The translations under genes and the position numbers were made by a program. The notes below the pieces were generated by a model. The model had not been told where the DNA came from and did no database searches. It was given only the letters and a program-made list of their open reading frames with translations. This document shows, piece after piece, positions 20,832-30,300 of a stretch of 64,000 bases of DNA. Every line of letters starts with the position of its first letter. Within the stretch, counting starts at the first letter, position 1. Source of the DNA: an uncultured cyanobacterium. Lineage in GTDB: Bacteria > Cyanobacteriota > Cyanobacteriia > Cyanobacteriales > CAWCAG01. The stretch covers positions 608,001 through 672,000 of the forward strand of contig CAWDOD010000011.1 in the NCBI GenBank assembly GCA_963803805.1, read 5' to 3'.

Positions 20832-21350
20832 ATGTTAGACGCATTCACTAAAGTAGTTTCCCAAGCAGATGCTAGAGGCGAATACTTATCTGGCGACCAG
20901 TTAGATGCCCTCAGCCAAATGGTTAGCGAAAGCAACAAGCGCATGGACACCGTTAACCGCATCACCAGCAACTCTTCAGCAATTGTTACCGATGCAGCCC
21001 GTGCTTTATTCGCTGAGCAACCTCAGCTAATCGCTCCTGGTGGAAACGCTTACACCAGTCGTCGTATGGCTGCCTGCTTACGGGACATGGAAATCATCCT
21101 ACGCTATGTAACCTACGCTATCTTCTCTGGTGACGCTAGTGTTTTAGAAGACCGTTGTTTAAATGGTTTGCGTGAAACCTACCAAGCTTTAGGAACTCCT
21201 GGAAGCTCTGTAGCAGTAGGCGTTAATAAAATGAAAGATGCAGCTATTGCGATCGCCAACGACAAAAACGGCGTAACATCAGGCGATTGCAGCTCTTTAA
21301 TGTCTGAAGTAGGTAGCTACTTTGACCGTGCAGCTTCTGCTGTCAGCTAA
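20832..21350 (+). CDS. cpcB: C-phycocyanin beta subunit
   Basis: [26 protein letters not shown] and GDCS motifs; 172 aa; AGGAG RBS. Confidence 0.99.
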   Translation: MLDAFTKVVSQADARGEYLSGDQLDALSQMVSESNKRMDTVNRITSNSSAIVTDAARALFAEQPQLIAPGGNAYTSRRMAACLRDMEIILRYVTYAIFSGDASVLEDRCLNGLRETYQALGTPGSSVAVGVNKMKDAAIAIANDKNGVTSGDCSSLMSEVGSYFDRAASAVS

Positions 21351-21411
21351 CTTCTTACCAGAACAGTTCATTAAAATTATCAACTTTTTTGTAATACAAG
21401 GTATATAACTC

Positions 21412-21900
21412 ATGAAAACTCCTCTTACCGAAGCAGTATCCACAGCAGACGCTCAAGGTCGCTTCCTCAGCAGCAGTGAAATCCAAGTTGCTTTTGGTCG
21501 TTTCCGCCAAGCTAGCGCTAGCTTAGAAGCAGCTAAAGCTCTGACTAGCAAAGCTGACAGCCTTGTTAGTGGCGCAGCCCAAGCTGTTTACAAAAAGTTC
21601 CCTTACACCACCCAAATGGATGGCGCTAACTACGCTGCTGACCAACGTGGTAAAGATAAGTGCGCTCGTGACATCGGTTACTACCTCCGCATGGTAACTT
21701 ACTGCTTAGTTGCTGGTGGTACAGGACCCATGGATGAGTATTTAATCGCTGGAATTGCTGAAATCAACAGCACCTTCGACTTATCTCCTAGCTGGTATGT
21801 AGAAGCTCTCAAGAACATCAAAGCGAGCCATGGTTTAAGTGGTGACCCTGCTGTAGAAGCTAACTCCTACATCGACTACGCTATTAATGCTCTTAGCTAG
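21412..21900 (+). CDS. cpcA: C-phycocyanin alpha subunit
   Basis: [20 protein letters not shown] and [11 protein letters not shown] motifs; 162 aa. Confidence 0.99.
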   Translation: MKTPLTEAVSTADAQGRFLSSSEIQVAFGRFRQASASLEAAKALTSKADSLVSGAAQAVYKKFPYTTQMDGANYAADQRGKDKCARDIGYYLRMVTYCLVAGGTGPMDEYLIAGIAEINSTFDLSPSWYVEALKNIKASHGLSGDPAVEANSYIDYAINALS

Positions 21901-21913
21901 ATAGATTCTAGTA

Positions 21914-21987
21914 GCTCGGAATTGTAGGTGACTATTAAGCAGACAGTTACTGTTTGATGGTTTCCCATGATTCCGAGCAGTTTTTTT
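21914..21987 (+). terminator. cpcA 3' stem-loop (partial terminator or mRNA stabiliser)
   Basis: GCTCGGAAT(21914-21922)...ATTCCGAGC(21970-21978) followed by a T run. Confidence 0.65.
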
Positions 21988-22020
21988 AATAACAGTATTA
22001 AGCAAAATGGAGTATAGCCA

Positions 22021-22845
22021 ATGGCCATCACAACAGCCGCATCTCGTTTAGGAGTATCTGCTTTTAGCGAGACAAGCCCTGTAGAATTACGTCCTCATTG
22101 GACTCAAGAAGATGCTCAAGTTGCCATAAGTGCAGTTTACAGACAAGTACTAGGCAACGACCATATCATGGAATCTGAGCGTCTTACTAGTGCAGAATCT
22201 TTACTTTGCAATGGCTCGATTTCCGTACGGGAGTTTGTCAGAGCTATAGCTAAGTCAGAATTATATAGAAGCAAATTTTTCTATAACAACTATCATCCCC
22301 GCACCATTGAACTGAATTTCAAGCATTTGCTCGGTCGCGCCCCTTATGATGAAGCTGAGATTATTGAGCATCTCGATATTTATCAAAATCAAGGGTTTGA
22401 TGCAGATATTGATTCTTACATTGATTCTGAGGAATATACCTCTAACTTTGGCGACAATATCGTACCCTACTATAGAGGCTTTTCGACCCAAAATGGTCAG
22501 AAAATCGCCGGGTTCACTCGCCTATTCCAGCTTTATCAAGGTTACGCTAATAGCGATCGCGCCCAAAGCAACACAGGCAGCCCTCGCTTAACCTACGATC
22601 TAGCTCGTAATATCACCAGCCCAATTCGTAATTCGGCTGTAGGACAAAATCTTACTGGTGCAACCACAACAGAGCGAGGACAAACTTACCGCCTGCGGGT
22701 TTCCCAAGGTGCGCGAGGACGTGCGCCTCAATTACGGCGTAGCATCAAAGAATATGTCGTTCCTTACGAAAGACTTTCCCCAACCTTAAAAAAACTTAAT
22801 CAGCTTGGCTGTCAGGTTTTAAGCATTACCAATGCTTCAAATTAA
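22021..22845 (+). CDS. cpcC: Phycocyanin-associated rod linker polypeptide
   Basis: [20 protein letters not shown] and HLLGRAPYD motifs, with a CpcD-like C-terminus. Confidence 0.93.
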   Translation: MAITTAASRLGVSAFSETSPVELRPHWTQEDAQVAISAVYRQVLGNDHIMESERLTSAESLLCNGSISVREFVRAIAKSELYRSKFFYNNYHPRTIELNFKHLLGRAPYDEAEIIEHLDIYQNQGFDADIDSYIDSEEYTSNFGDNIVPYYRGFSTQNGQKIAGFTRLFQLYQGYANSDRAQSNTGSPRLTYDLARNITSPIRNSAVGQNLTGATTTERGQTYRLRVSQGARGRAPQLRRSIKEYVVPYERLSPTLKKLNQLGCQVLSITNASN

Positions 22846-22868
22846 CATCAATGAGGAGAAATATTTAA

Positions 22869-23723
22869 GTGGCAATTACAAACGCAGCTTCCCGTCTTGG
22901 GGTTTCGGCTTTCAATGATAGCCAGCCGGTGGAATTACGTCCTAACTGGAATCAAGACGATGTTAAAGCTGTAATTAGAGCTGTTTATCGCCAGGTGCTT
23001 GGTAACGACTATGTTATGGCTTCTGAGCGTCTTACAGCGACAGAATCATTACTTTCCAATGGCTCAATTACAGTGCGAGACTTCGTTAGGGCTGTAGCTA
23101 AATCAGAACTATATAAGTCAAAGTTCCTTTATAATAGTTTCCAAACTAGAGTTATTGAGTTAAATCTCAAACATCTACTTGGTCGCGCTCCTTATGATGA
23201 ATCAGAGGTAGTTTATCACCTCGATCTTTATCAAGAACAGGGTTTTGAAGCAGATATCGATTCCTACATTGATTCTGTAGAATATGACGAAAACTTTGGT
23301 GACAACATTGTTCCTTACTATCGTTTTACTACCCAACCTCGACAAAAAACTGTTGGTTTTACCCGGATGTTTCAACTCTACCGGGGTTATGCCAATAGCG
23401 ATCGCAGCCAAATTGGCGGGACAGAATCCCGTCTGGCTAAAGAATTAGCGATGAACAGTGCCTCGGCAGTAGTAGGGCCTTCTGGAGGTAATGAAGGTTG
23501 GGCTTATCAAGCTTCCAAGCAAGGTACAACCCCTAACAAAACCTTTAAAACTCCTAACGCTGAGCGTATTTATCGGGTAGAAATAGCTGGAATGAATCTA
23601 CCTCGATATCCGAAAGTGCGTCGCATTAATAAAGCGCTTTTAGTTCCCTATGACAAGCTATCAGAAACCCTCCAAAAAGTTAACCAAATGGGGGGTAAGG
23701 TTGCTAGTATAACTGTGGCTTAA
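22869..23723 (+). CDS. cpcC: Phycocyanin-associated rod linker polypeptide (second copy)
   Basis: [14 protein letters not shown] linker domain and C-terminal [27 protein letters not shown] start with GAGGAG RBS. Confidence 0.95.
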   Translation: MAITNAASRLGVSAFNDSQPVELRPNWNQDDVKAVIRAVYRQVLGNDYVMASERLTATESLLSNGSITVRDFVRAVAKSELYKSKFLYNSFQTRVIELNLKHLLGRAPYDESEVVYHLDLYQEQGFEADIDSYIDSVEYDENFGDNIVPYYRFTTQPRQKTVGFTRMFQLYRGYANSDRSQIGGTESRLAKELAMNSASAVVGPSGGNEGWAYQASKQGTTPNKTFKTPNAERIYRVEIAGMNLPRYPKVRRINKALLVPYDKLSETLQKVNQMGGKVASITVA

Positions 23724-23727
23724 AAGC

Positions 23728-23801
23728 TAGGTAATAGGTAATAGGTAATAGGAAAAGAATATTGTTTAATAAGTGTTCCCTGTTTCCTGTTCCCTGTTTC
23801 C
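23728..23801. repeat. STRR-type heptamer tandem repeats
   Basis: (TAGGTAA)x3 plus TAGGAAA at 23728-23755, and TGTTCCC/TGTTTCC x4 at 23774-23801. Confidence 0.85.
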
Positions 23802-23838
23802 TGTTTTAAGAAAAAATCTATTTATAGCAGGAGAGAAA

Positions 23839-24093
23839 ATGTTAGGAAAATCAGTTATTGGTAGTAGAGGTGGTTCTTCCTTAAGTAATCGTACTTTTGT
23901 TTATGAAGTAACTGGATTAAAACAAAATAATCAAAACGATAGCAATAGTTATCCTTTCCGTAGCAGCAGCAGCGTATTTATTCAGGTTCCCTATAATCGC
24001 ATGAATGAAGAGATGCAGCGCATTAATCGTATGGGAGGAAAAATTGTCAATATTCGTCCGTCCGATAGTTCGAGTCAAGATAGTTCTGAATAA
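23839..24093 (+). CDS. cpcD: Phycocyanin rod-capping linker
   Basis: MLGKSVIG...RTFVYEVTGL...VPYNRMNEEMQRINRMGGKIVNI. ATG 23839 has an AGGAG RBS; the longer ORF start lies inside the STRR. Confidence 0.95.
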   Translation: MLGKSVIGSRGGSSLSNRTFVYEVTGLKQNNQNDSNSYPFRSSSSVFIQVPYNRMNEEMQRINRMGGKIVNIRPSDSSSQDSSE

Positions 24094-24191
24094 CTAGTTA
24101 CTCTCTTGAATGGCAAGGAGGAAAATTCACTTCCTCCTACCTATAAAAATTTATTAAAATCAAAATATTAAAGTTATTAGGAAGAGAGTCA

Positions 24192-24929
24192 ATGGTTACA
24201 ACAAATCAGTCCTCTCTTAGAGAAAGTCAGCATATTCTTATTCGTGATTTAGCTAATTGTATTGAGGAAAATTGGGAACGTTACTTAGAGTTATCTCCCT
24301 ATGAAATACCAGAGGATCTTGGTTATGTAGAAGGAAATTTGGAAGGGGAAAAGCTAGTTATTGAAAATCTCTGTTATCAAACCCCTCAGTTTCGCAAACT
24401 CCATTTAGAATTAGCACGAGTCGGCGATCGCTTAGATATTCTCCACTGTGTTATGTTTCCGCGCCCAAATTATTCTCTACCCATATTTGGCGCTGATTTG
24501 GTGGGTAGTCAAGGTGGAATTGGAGCAGCAATTGTTGATCTATCCCCTATGAATAGCGATCGCATTTTAGGGAAAAACTATACTCAGATTTTAGCCAAGT
24601 TACCTCCTGTAGAGTTTTCTCAGCCTAGAGATTTACCAGCTTGGGGAGATATATTTTCAGAATTTTGTTTATTTGTACGTCCTGGAGATGCTTCTGAGGA
24701 AAGGCTTTTTCTTAATCGAGTTCAGCAGTTTCTCTCCAGACACTGCCAGATTGCTATTGCGACACATCCTGTATCTTCTAGCCTTCAGGAAGCGGAGATT
24801 TTACGAGGGCAGCGTTATTATTGCCAAAAGCAGCAACAGAATGATAAAACACGGCGAGTATTGGAAAAATCTCTAGGGCAAGCTTGGACAGACCGTTACA
24901 TGACAACAATGCTTTTTGATGCTCCTTAA
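24192..24929 (+). CDS. pcyA: Phycocyanobilin:ferredoxin oxidoreductase
   Basis: LGYVEG.LEGEKL.IEN, FRKLHLELA, LDILHCVMFP, FGADLV and QQQNDKTRRVLE motifs, with the catalytic H/E/H/D positions retained. Confidence 0.95.
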   Translation: MVTTNQSSLRESQHILIRDLANCIEENWERYLELSPYEIPEDLGYVEGNLEGEKLVIENLCYQTPQFRKLHLELARVGDRLDILHCVMFPRPNYSLPIFGADLVGSQGGIGAAIVDLSPMNSDRILGKNYTQILAKLPPVEFSQPRDLPAWGDIFSEFCLFVRPGDASEERLFLNRVQQFLSRHCQIAIATHPVSSSLQEAEILRGQRYYCQKQQQNDKTRRVLEKSLGQAWTDRYMTTMLFDAP

Positions 24930-24983
24930 GAGGTAATGGGTATCAATTCCTCAGTAAGATTATTCTAATGGGGATAATGAGGA

Positions 24984-26360
24984 GTGGGTAACTTAAACAT
25001 GACTCTAGATTTGATTGAATTTTTTCGAGCAGTTAATCCTAGCAAAACCCTAAATATTAGTAAACCAGAAGAGCAGCAATTTTATATCGATTTTGCCTCA
25101 GTACGTGGGGGTAATGTCATTGAGGAATTAAAGGAAAATATTACTATTTACCATCAAGATGAGCCAACTTGTGATTTATTTACAGGGCATATTGGTTGTG
25201 GTAAATCAACAGAATTGTTACGCCTGAAAGCACAACTGGAGGAGGAAGGATTTTGTGTTGTTTATTTTACTTCCAGTGAAGACTTGGAAATGGCCGATGT
25301 GGATACTAGTGATGTGCTGCTGGCGATCGCCAGGCGTTTATCTCAGAGTTGGAAACAGTTTGATTTAGCTAAAGCAAGTAGGTTTAGGGCAATTCTCCAA
25401 GGGGCAGCTAAGGCTTTGCAAACGGAGATTAACATTTCTCAAATAGAGGTTGGTGGATCAGGTTTACCAAGGGTAGGGGTTTCTATGAAGGAAAACCAGG
25501 AATTCTCTTTGGCTTGGGGCATTGGCAAGATTACCGCTAAAGCCAAAAGTGATGCAGGATTGCGAGAGAAGTTAAATCAGTATTTAGGGCCTCAGAAAAG
25601 TCAGCTTATTGAGGCAATTAATACAGAATTGATTAAGCCTGCGATCGCGAAGTTAAAACAGCAGGGAAAACCGGGCTTGGTGGTGATTGTTGATAACCTA
25701 GATCGTCTGGATAATCAAGTTAAAACCTGGGGTAGGCCCCAACAAGAATATTTATTTATCGATCAGGCGGAATATTTACAGAGTTTGCACTGCCATTTAG
25801 TTTATACTATGCCCCTAGCCCTCAAGTTTTCTGATGATTACGGTAGGTTAGTACAACGCTACCCAGAGGAACCCAAAGTATTACCCATGGTGCGGGTAAG
25901 GAATAAGGATGGTAGTGATCATGAACCGGGTTTAGCTTTAATGCGACAGATGGTTTTAGCAAGGGCTTTTCCCCAGTTAAGTGATGGGGAAAGATTAGAG
26001 CAAATTAGCACTATTTTTGATACTCCAGCTAGTTTAGACTATCTTTGTTGGGTTAGCGGTGGCCATGTGCGGGACTTGTTACGGTTGTTAAGTGACTGGA
26101 TCAAGAAAGATCGTCAGCAGGGTATTTTAACTCGCCCTAATTTAGAAGAGACAATTCGTTCCCGTCGTAATGAGTTAACTTTACCCGTTGATGATCATGA
26201 GTGGGAACTTTTGCAGCGAGTGCAAAAGAGAAAGAAAGTTAGTGGTGATCAAGGTTATCAAAAATTAATCCGTAGTCGTCTAGTTTTTGAATATCGCGAT
26301 CGCGGTGAGTCGTGGTTTGATCTCAATCCGGTTTTATTGGGGGCAGAAGAGTTGAATTGA
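24984..26360 (+). CDS. P-loop AAA/STAND-type ATPase (cyanobacterial partner of TPR/WD40 STAND genes)
   Basis: Walker A GHIGCGKST, Walker B VIVDNLDR, SGGHVRDL and C-terminal FEYR...WFDLNPVL. Alternative start at ATG 24999. Confidence 0.85.
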   Translation: MGNLNMTLDLIEFFRAVNPSKTLNISKPEEQQFYIDFASVRGGNVIEELKENITIYHQDEPTCDLFTGHIGCGKSTELLRLKAQLEEEGFCVVYFTSSEDLEMADVDTSDVLLAIARRLSQSWKQFDLAKASRFRAILQGAAKALQTEINISQIEVGGSGLPRVGVSMKENQEFSLAWGIGKITAKAKSDAGLREKLNQYLGPQKSQLIEAINTELIKPAIAKLKQQGKPGLVVIVDNLDRLDNQVKTWGRPQQEYLFIDQAEYLQSLHCHLVYTMPLALKFSDDYGRLVQRYPEEPKVLPMVRVRNKDGSDHEPGLALMRQMVLARAFPQLSDGERLEQISTIFDTPASLDYLCWVSGGHVRDLLRLLSDWIKKDRQQGILTRPNLEETIRSRRNELTLPVDDHEWELLQRVQKRKKVSGDQGYQKLIRSRLVFEYRDRGESWFDLNPVLLGAEELN

Positions 26361-26375
26361 TTTACTTATTTCAAG

Positions 26376-26478
26376 TCTGGGCTTTCGCCCCCCTAGCCCC
26401 CCAATCTGGGGGGAACAGGGACTTTTCAAAGTCCCCCAATGTTGGGGGATTGAGGGGGCAGGAGATTTAGGGGGCAGA
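26376..26478. repeat. GC-rich multi-hairpin repeat, copy 1 (left of DUF559 gene)
   Basis: TCTGGGCTTTCGCCCCCCTAGCCCCCCAATCTGGGGGGAACAGGGACTTTTCAAAGTCCCCCAATGTTGGGGGATTGAGGGGGCAGGAGATTTAGGGGGCAGA, near-identical to 27217-27321. Confidence 0.92.
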
Positions 26479-26549
26479 AGGCAGGGGCAGAAGAAACCAG
26501 AATAAACAGAGAAAATTAAATCGAACAAGACTATAAACTATCAAAAAGA

Positions 26550-26945
26550 ATGTCTAGACAAACTTATCAGGGGGGGAAAAATAACTATAGAATTCGTGGT
26601 ACAACTCCACAAATAGAACAAGCTGCACGGAAGTTAAGGAAAAATTTGACACCAGCAGAGGCCATTTTGTGGAAAGCACTACGAAATAAGCAACTTGAAG
26701 GATTACGTTTTCGCTGTCAGCATCCTGTAGGAAATTTTATTTTAGATTTTTATTGTCCTTCTTGTAAGTTAGTGGTAGAAGTTGATGGAGAAATCCATGC
26801 TAAACAGCGTAGTTACGATGATGCTAGAACTGCTAAATTAGCAGAATATGGCTATCAAGTGCTGAGGTTTACAAACAGAGAGGTGATCAATAATTTACCG
26901 CAGGTTTTAGCTGAGATTAAGCGTGTTGCTATTTCGCCCCCCTAG
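26550..26945 (+). CDS. DUF559 (Vsr/PD-(D/E)xK-like) endonuclease domain protein
   Basis: ARKLRKNLTPAEAILWKALR...FRCQHPVGNFILDFYC...VVEVDGEIH...YDDART..L...GYQVLRFTN. Confidence 0.92.
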   Translation: MSRQTYQGGKNNYRIRGTTPQIEQAARKLRKNLTPAEAILWKALRNKQLEGLRFRCQHPVGNFILDFYCPSCKLVVEVDGEIHAKQRSYDDARTAKLAEYGYQVLRFTNREVINNLPQVLAEIKRVAISPP

Positions 26946-27335
26946 CCCCCTAATCCTGGGGGGAATAGGGACTTTGAAAAGTCCCCCAAAACTCAAAGTT
27001 CCCCAATGTTGGGGGATTTAGGGGGCATAAATAAACTTCAAGCCTCAGACAGATAAATATTTGCCTTAGTTCTGGGCTTTCGCCCCCCTAGCCCCCTAAT
27101 CCTGGGGGGAATAGGGACTTTGAAAAGTCCCCCAAAACTCAAAGTTCCCCAATGTTGGGGGATTTAGGGGGCATAAATAAACTTCAAGCCTCAGACAGAT
27201 AAATATTTGCCTTAATTCTGGGCTTTCGCCCCCCTAGCCCCCTAATCCTGGGGGGGAATAGGGACTTTGAAAAGTCCCCCAATATTGGGGGATTGAGGGG
27301 GCAGGAGATTTAGGGGGCAGAGGATTTAAGGGGCA
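26932..27335. repeat. 146-bp tandem array of the same hairpin repeat (two full units plus a third hairpin copy)
   Basis: Units start at 26932, 27078 and 27224. Each full unit is a 95-bp hairpin cluster plus a 51-bp linker; the two linkers differ by one base. Confidence 0.95.
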
Positions 27336-27390
27336 ATGCAGAGTCTCAAGCACTAGATAGAAAAACGATTTGATTTAGGAAAATCAGCCA

Positions 27391-30300
27391 GTGTCTCTTT
27401 CTCCTAATAATGAGCATAAACTAACAGAACTTATTTGGGAAATCAAAGCTTCTCAAGGAGAGTTTCGGCTGATTTTGCTGCGGTGTAATTATTTGGCTTT
27501 GCAGTCGCAAATCTTACAACGGCTAGAACAATTAGGGGACATTAAAATTGTTCATCTCCAAGCTGGGGATACTTCCCTTTATAGGCGGCTACAAACAGAA
27601 TTAGGACAAGCACAAACTGACGCTGTAGTGATTCTGGGGTTTGAAGTGTTGGAAAATGTGGCGGAGTTTCTTCGTAATGCGAACTTAAACCGCGATCGCC
27701 TAGCCCAAGAATTTCCACTGCCTCTGATTTTCTGTATTGATGAGGAGATTTATGGGGAACTATTAAGATTTGCTGGTGATTTGGAAAGCTGGGGTAGTAG
27801 TGTCGATTTTTGCTTAACTACTGAGGAGTTATTGGTTACTATCCGGGCAGGGATAGAAGCAGTTTTTGCGGGGGTTTTAGTAGGAGAAGAAGTAACAGAT
27901 TGTCCTAGCTGTCGGGAGATACTAGTTGCTAGTCAGGAATTGCTTAACCAAGGGGAAGAGTTAGAAGTTGAGTTGCAAAGGGACTTAGCTTTCTTGCGGG
28001 GGCAGGATTTCTTTACTCAAGGGAGGTATGACGAGGCTTTAGCCGCTTATCACCAGGGTTTAACTATGCTGGGGGATAACGATGATAAGAGCAAGTTAGC
28101 TGCATTTAGTTTACAAATTGGCTTCTGTCATTTCCAAAAAGGAGAACAAGCCACAGAAACAGAAGAAATTCATCACTGGCAGCAAGCAAGGGATATTTGG
28201 CAACAAACACTTGCATCTTTTCAAGGCAAGAGACAAGATGCAAAAGGCAAAAGTATTAATTTACCTTACCTCCCCACTTCCCCATCCCCCTATCTCCCCA
28301 CCTCCCTCCAGCTAGCCGAAGTCCTCCATCGCCTCGAAGCCTGGCAAGCGTTAGCTGGGTTGCTGCCATCGTTACAAGCCCAGCAGCCACCAGAAATTAG
28401 GGCGCAAATTGCAGGCTTTCGGGCTTTGCTAGCTTTGAGTAAACAACGGGGAGAAGTTGCCCAAGTAGCAGCTAATCAAGCTTTAGATTTAATTGCTCAA
28501 GTTCCCTTAGAAAGGCAGCAGCAACGTAGTTTTTATCTTTTGCTCCTGGCTAGGGCTAAACAGGAGTTAGCAGACTGCCAGGGGGCTTTTAGCCGCCAAA
28601 CAGAAGCCGTCCAACTAGTGGCTACAGATCATCCTAAACCCTATTTAAAGCTGTTACGGCAATTGCAGAGGCACTACTTTGACAAGAAAGAATATCGCCT
28701 GGCTTTCCTGACAAAATTACAACGGCGTTCCCTAGAGCAACAGTATGGTTTCCGGGCTTTTATTGGGGCTGGAACGATTGCTAACCAAGTTGTGGGGAAA
28801 AAAGCCCTTACTGCCTCTGGGAAACGGGAAGCCATTGCCCAGGAAATTATTGCCTTTGGTAGGGAAGAAGATGTTAAGAATTTAGCAGCGCGGGTGGGGG
28901 ATAGAGAACATAAGCTGACGATTATTTATGGTGAGTCGGGGGTGGGGAAAAGCTCTTTAGTGAGTGGGGGTTTAGTACCTTTGTTAAAGAGTAAGCCTTT
29001 GGGTTCCCAGGATGCTTTAGTAATGGTGTTGCGGGTTTATACTAATTGGTTGTTGGAGTTGGGGCAGTTATGTACAAAAGCCCTAGCAGCGAAGGGCATT
29101 GTTCCCCCTACTCCCTTAACAACACAAGAGGCAATCATCCAGCAGCTTAGGCAATGTGAAACTGCAAACCTTCGGCCGGTGTTAATTTTCGACCAATTTG
29201 AAGAGTTTTTCTTTCTGCCCACCACCCCAAGGGAAAAAGAACAATTCTTCCGTTTTGTGGGGTCATGTTTAGAGATTATCCCCCTCAAGGTAGTCTACTC
29301 CATGCGAAAAGATTACCTTGACCAAATGTTAGAACAGCCGGGGTTAGAAACCATTGCCGAGGATATTTTGAGCAAAAATGTTCTTTACAGAGTGGGCAAT
29401 CTTGCTGCTGCTACTGTACCAGGGATAATTCGTAGCCTCACGGAAAGGGCAAATTTTCCTTTGTCACCAGACTTAGTTACTCGCCTAGTTGAAGACTTAG
29501 CCGGGGAACAGGCAACCATTCGCCCCATTGAGTTGCAAATTGTCGGGGCGCAACTGCAAGCGGAGAAGATTACTACTTTGCCCCAGTATGAAGCAAGAGG
29601 TACGAAGGAGGCTTTAGTTGAGGGCTATTTACAGGCGGTGGTGGCAGACTGTGGCCCGGAAAATGAACAGTTAGCAGAATTACTTCTCCTCCTCCTCACC
29701 GATGAAAAAGGTACTCGTCCCTTGAAAACCCGTGGGGAGTTGGCTACGGAGTTGGAGGCTTTGGGGCAGGATTTAGGGAGGTTGGATTTAGTTTTAGAAA
29801 TTGTGGTTAAGTCGGGTTTGGTTTTGTTGATTCCTGAACAGCCAGAGGAACGGTATCAGTTAGTTCACGACTATTTAGCGGAGTTTATTCAACAGCAACA
29901 GCAGCCCCAGTTGGCGAGGTTGCAGGAAGAGTTTGCCAGGGAGAGGGAACAGAGGTTGTTGACTCAGGAGGAGTTGGCTAAGGCGGAGGCGGCTAAGGAA
30001 ACGGCTATTAAACAAACAGCCAGGAGAATTAAAGTTGGTGTCGGTGTTTTAGCTATGACTTTGCTCTCTTCAGCAGCCGTATTAGCATTTGCTGGGATGA
30101 GAGTAACTGAAGCCGATCAAAGAGTTGTTAAAGCGGAAAAAACTGAACAAGAAGCGAGTAAGGAAGTTAAAGAAGCTGAGGCTAAAATTAGTCAAGCTGA
30201 GGAAAGGGAAGCAGCAGCTAATCAGAATTTAAAACAGACTGAAGCAAAAGTTACTAAAGTAGAACAGGAAGCTAACAAAGCTAGGAAGAATCTTCAAGCA

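Noticed and set aside
23773-23838. N-terminal extension of CpcD (MFPVSCSLFPV...)
   Set aside because: It is a translation of STRR heptamers. The real start with an RBS is at 23839.
26932-27335. CRISPR array
   Set aside because: The repeats are ~95 bp, the two intervening segments are identical except for one base, and there are no cas genes. It is a tandem duplication.
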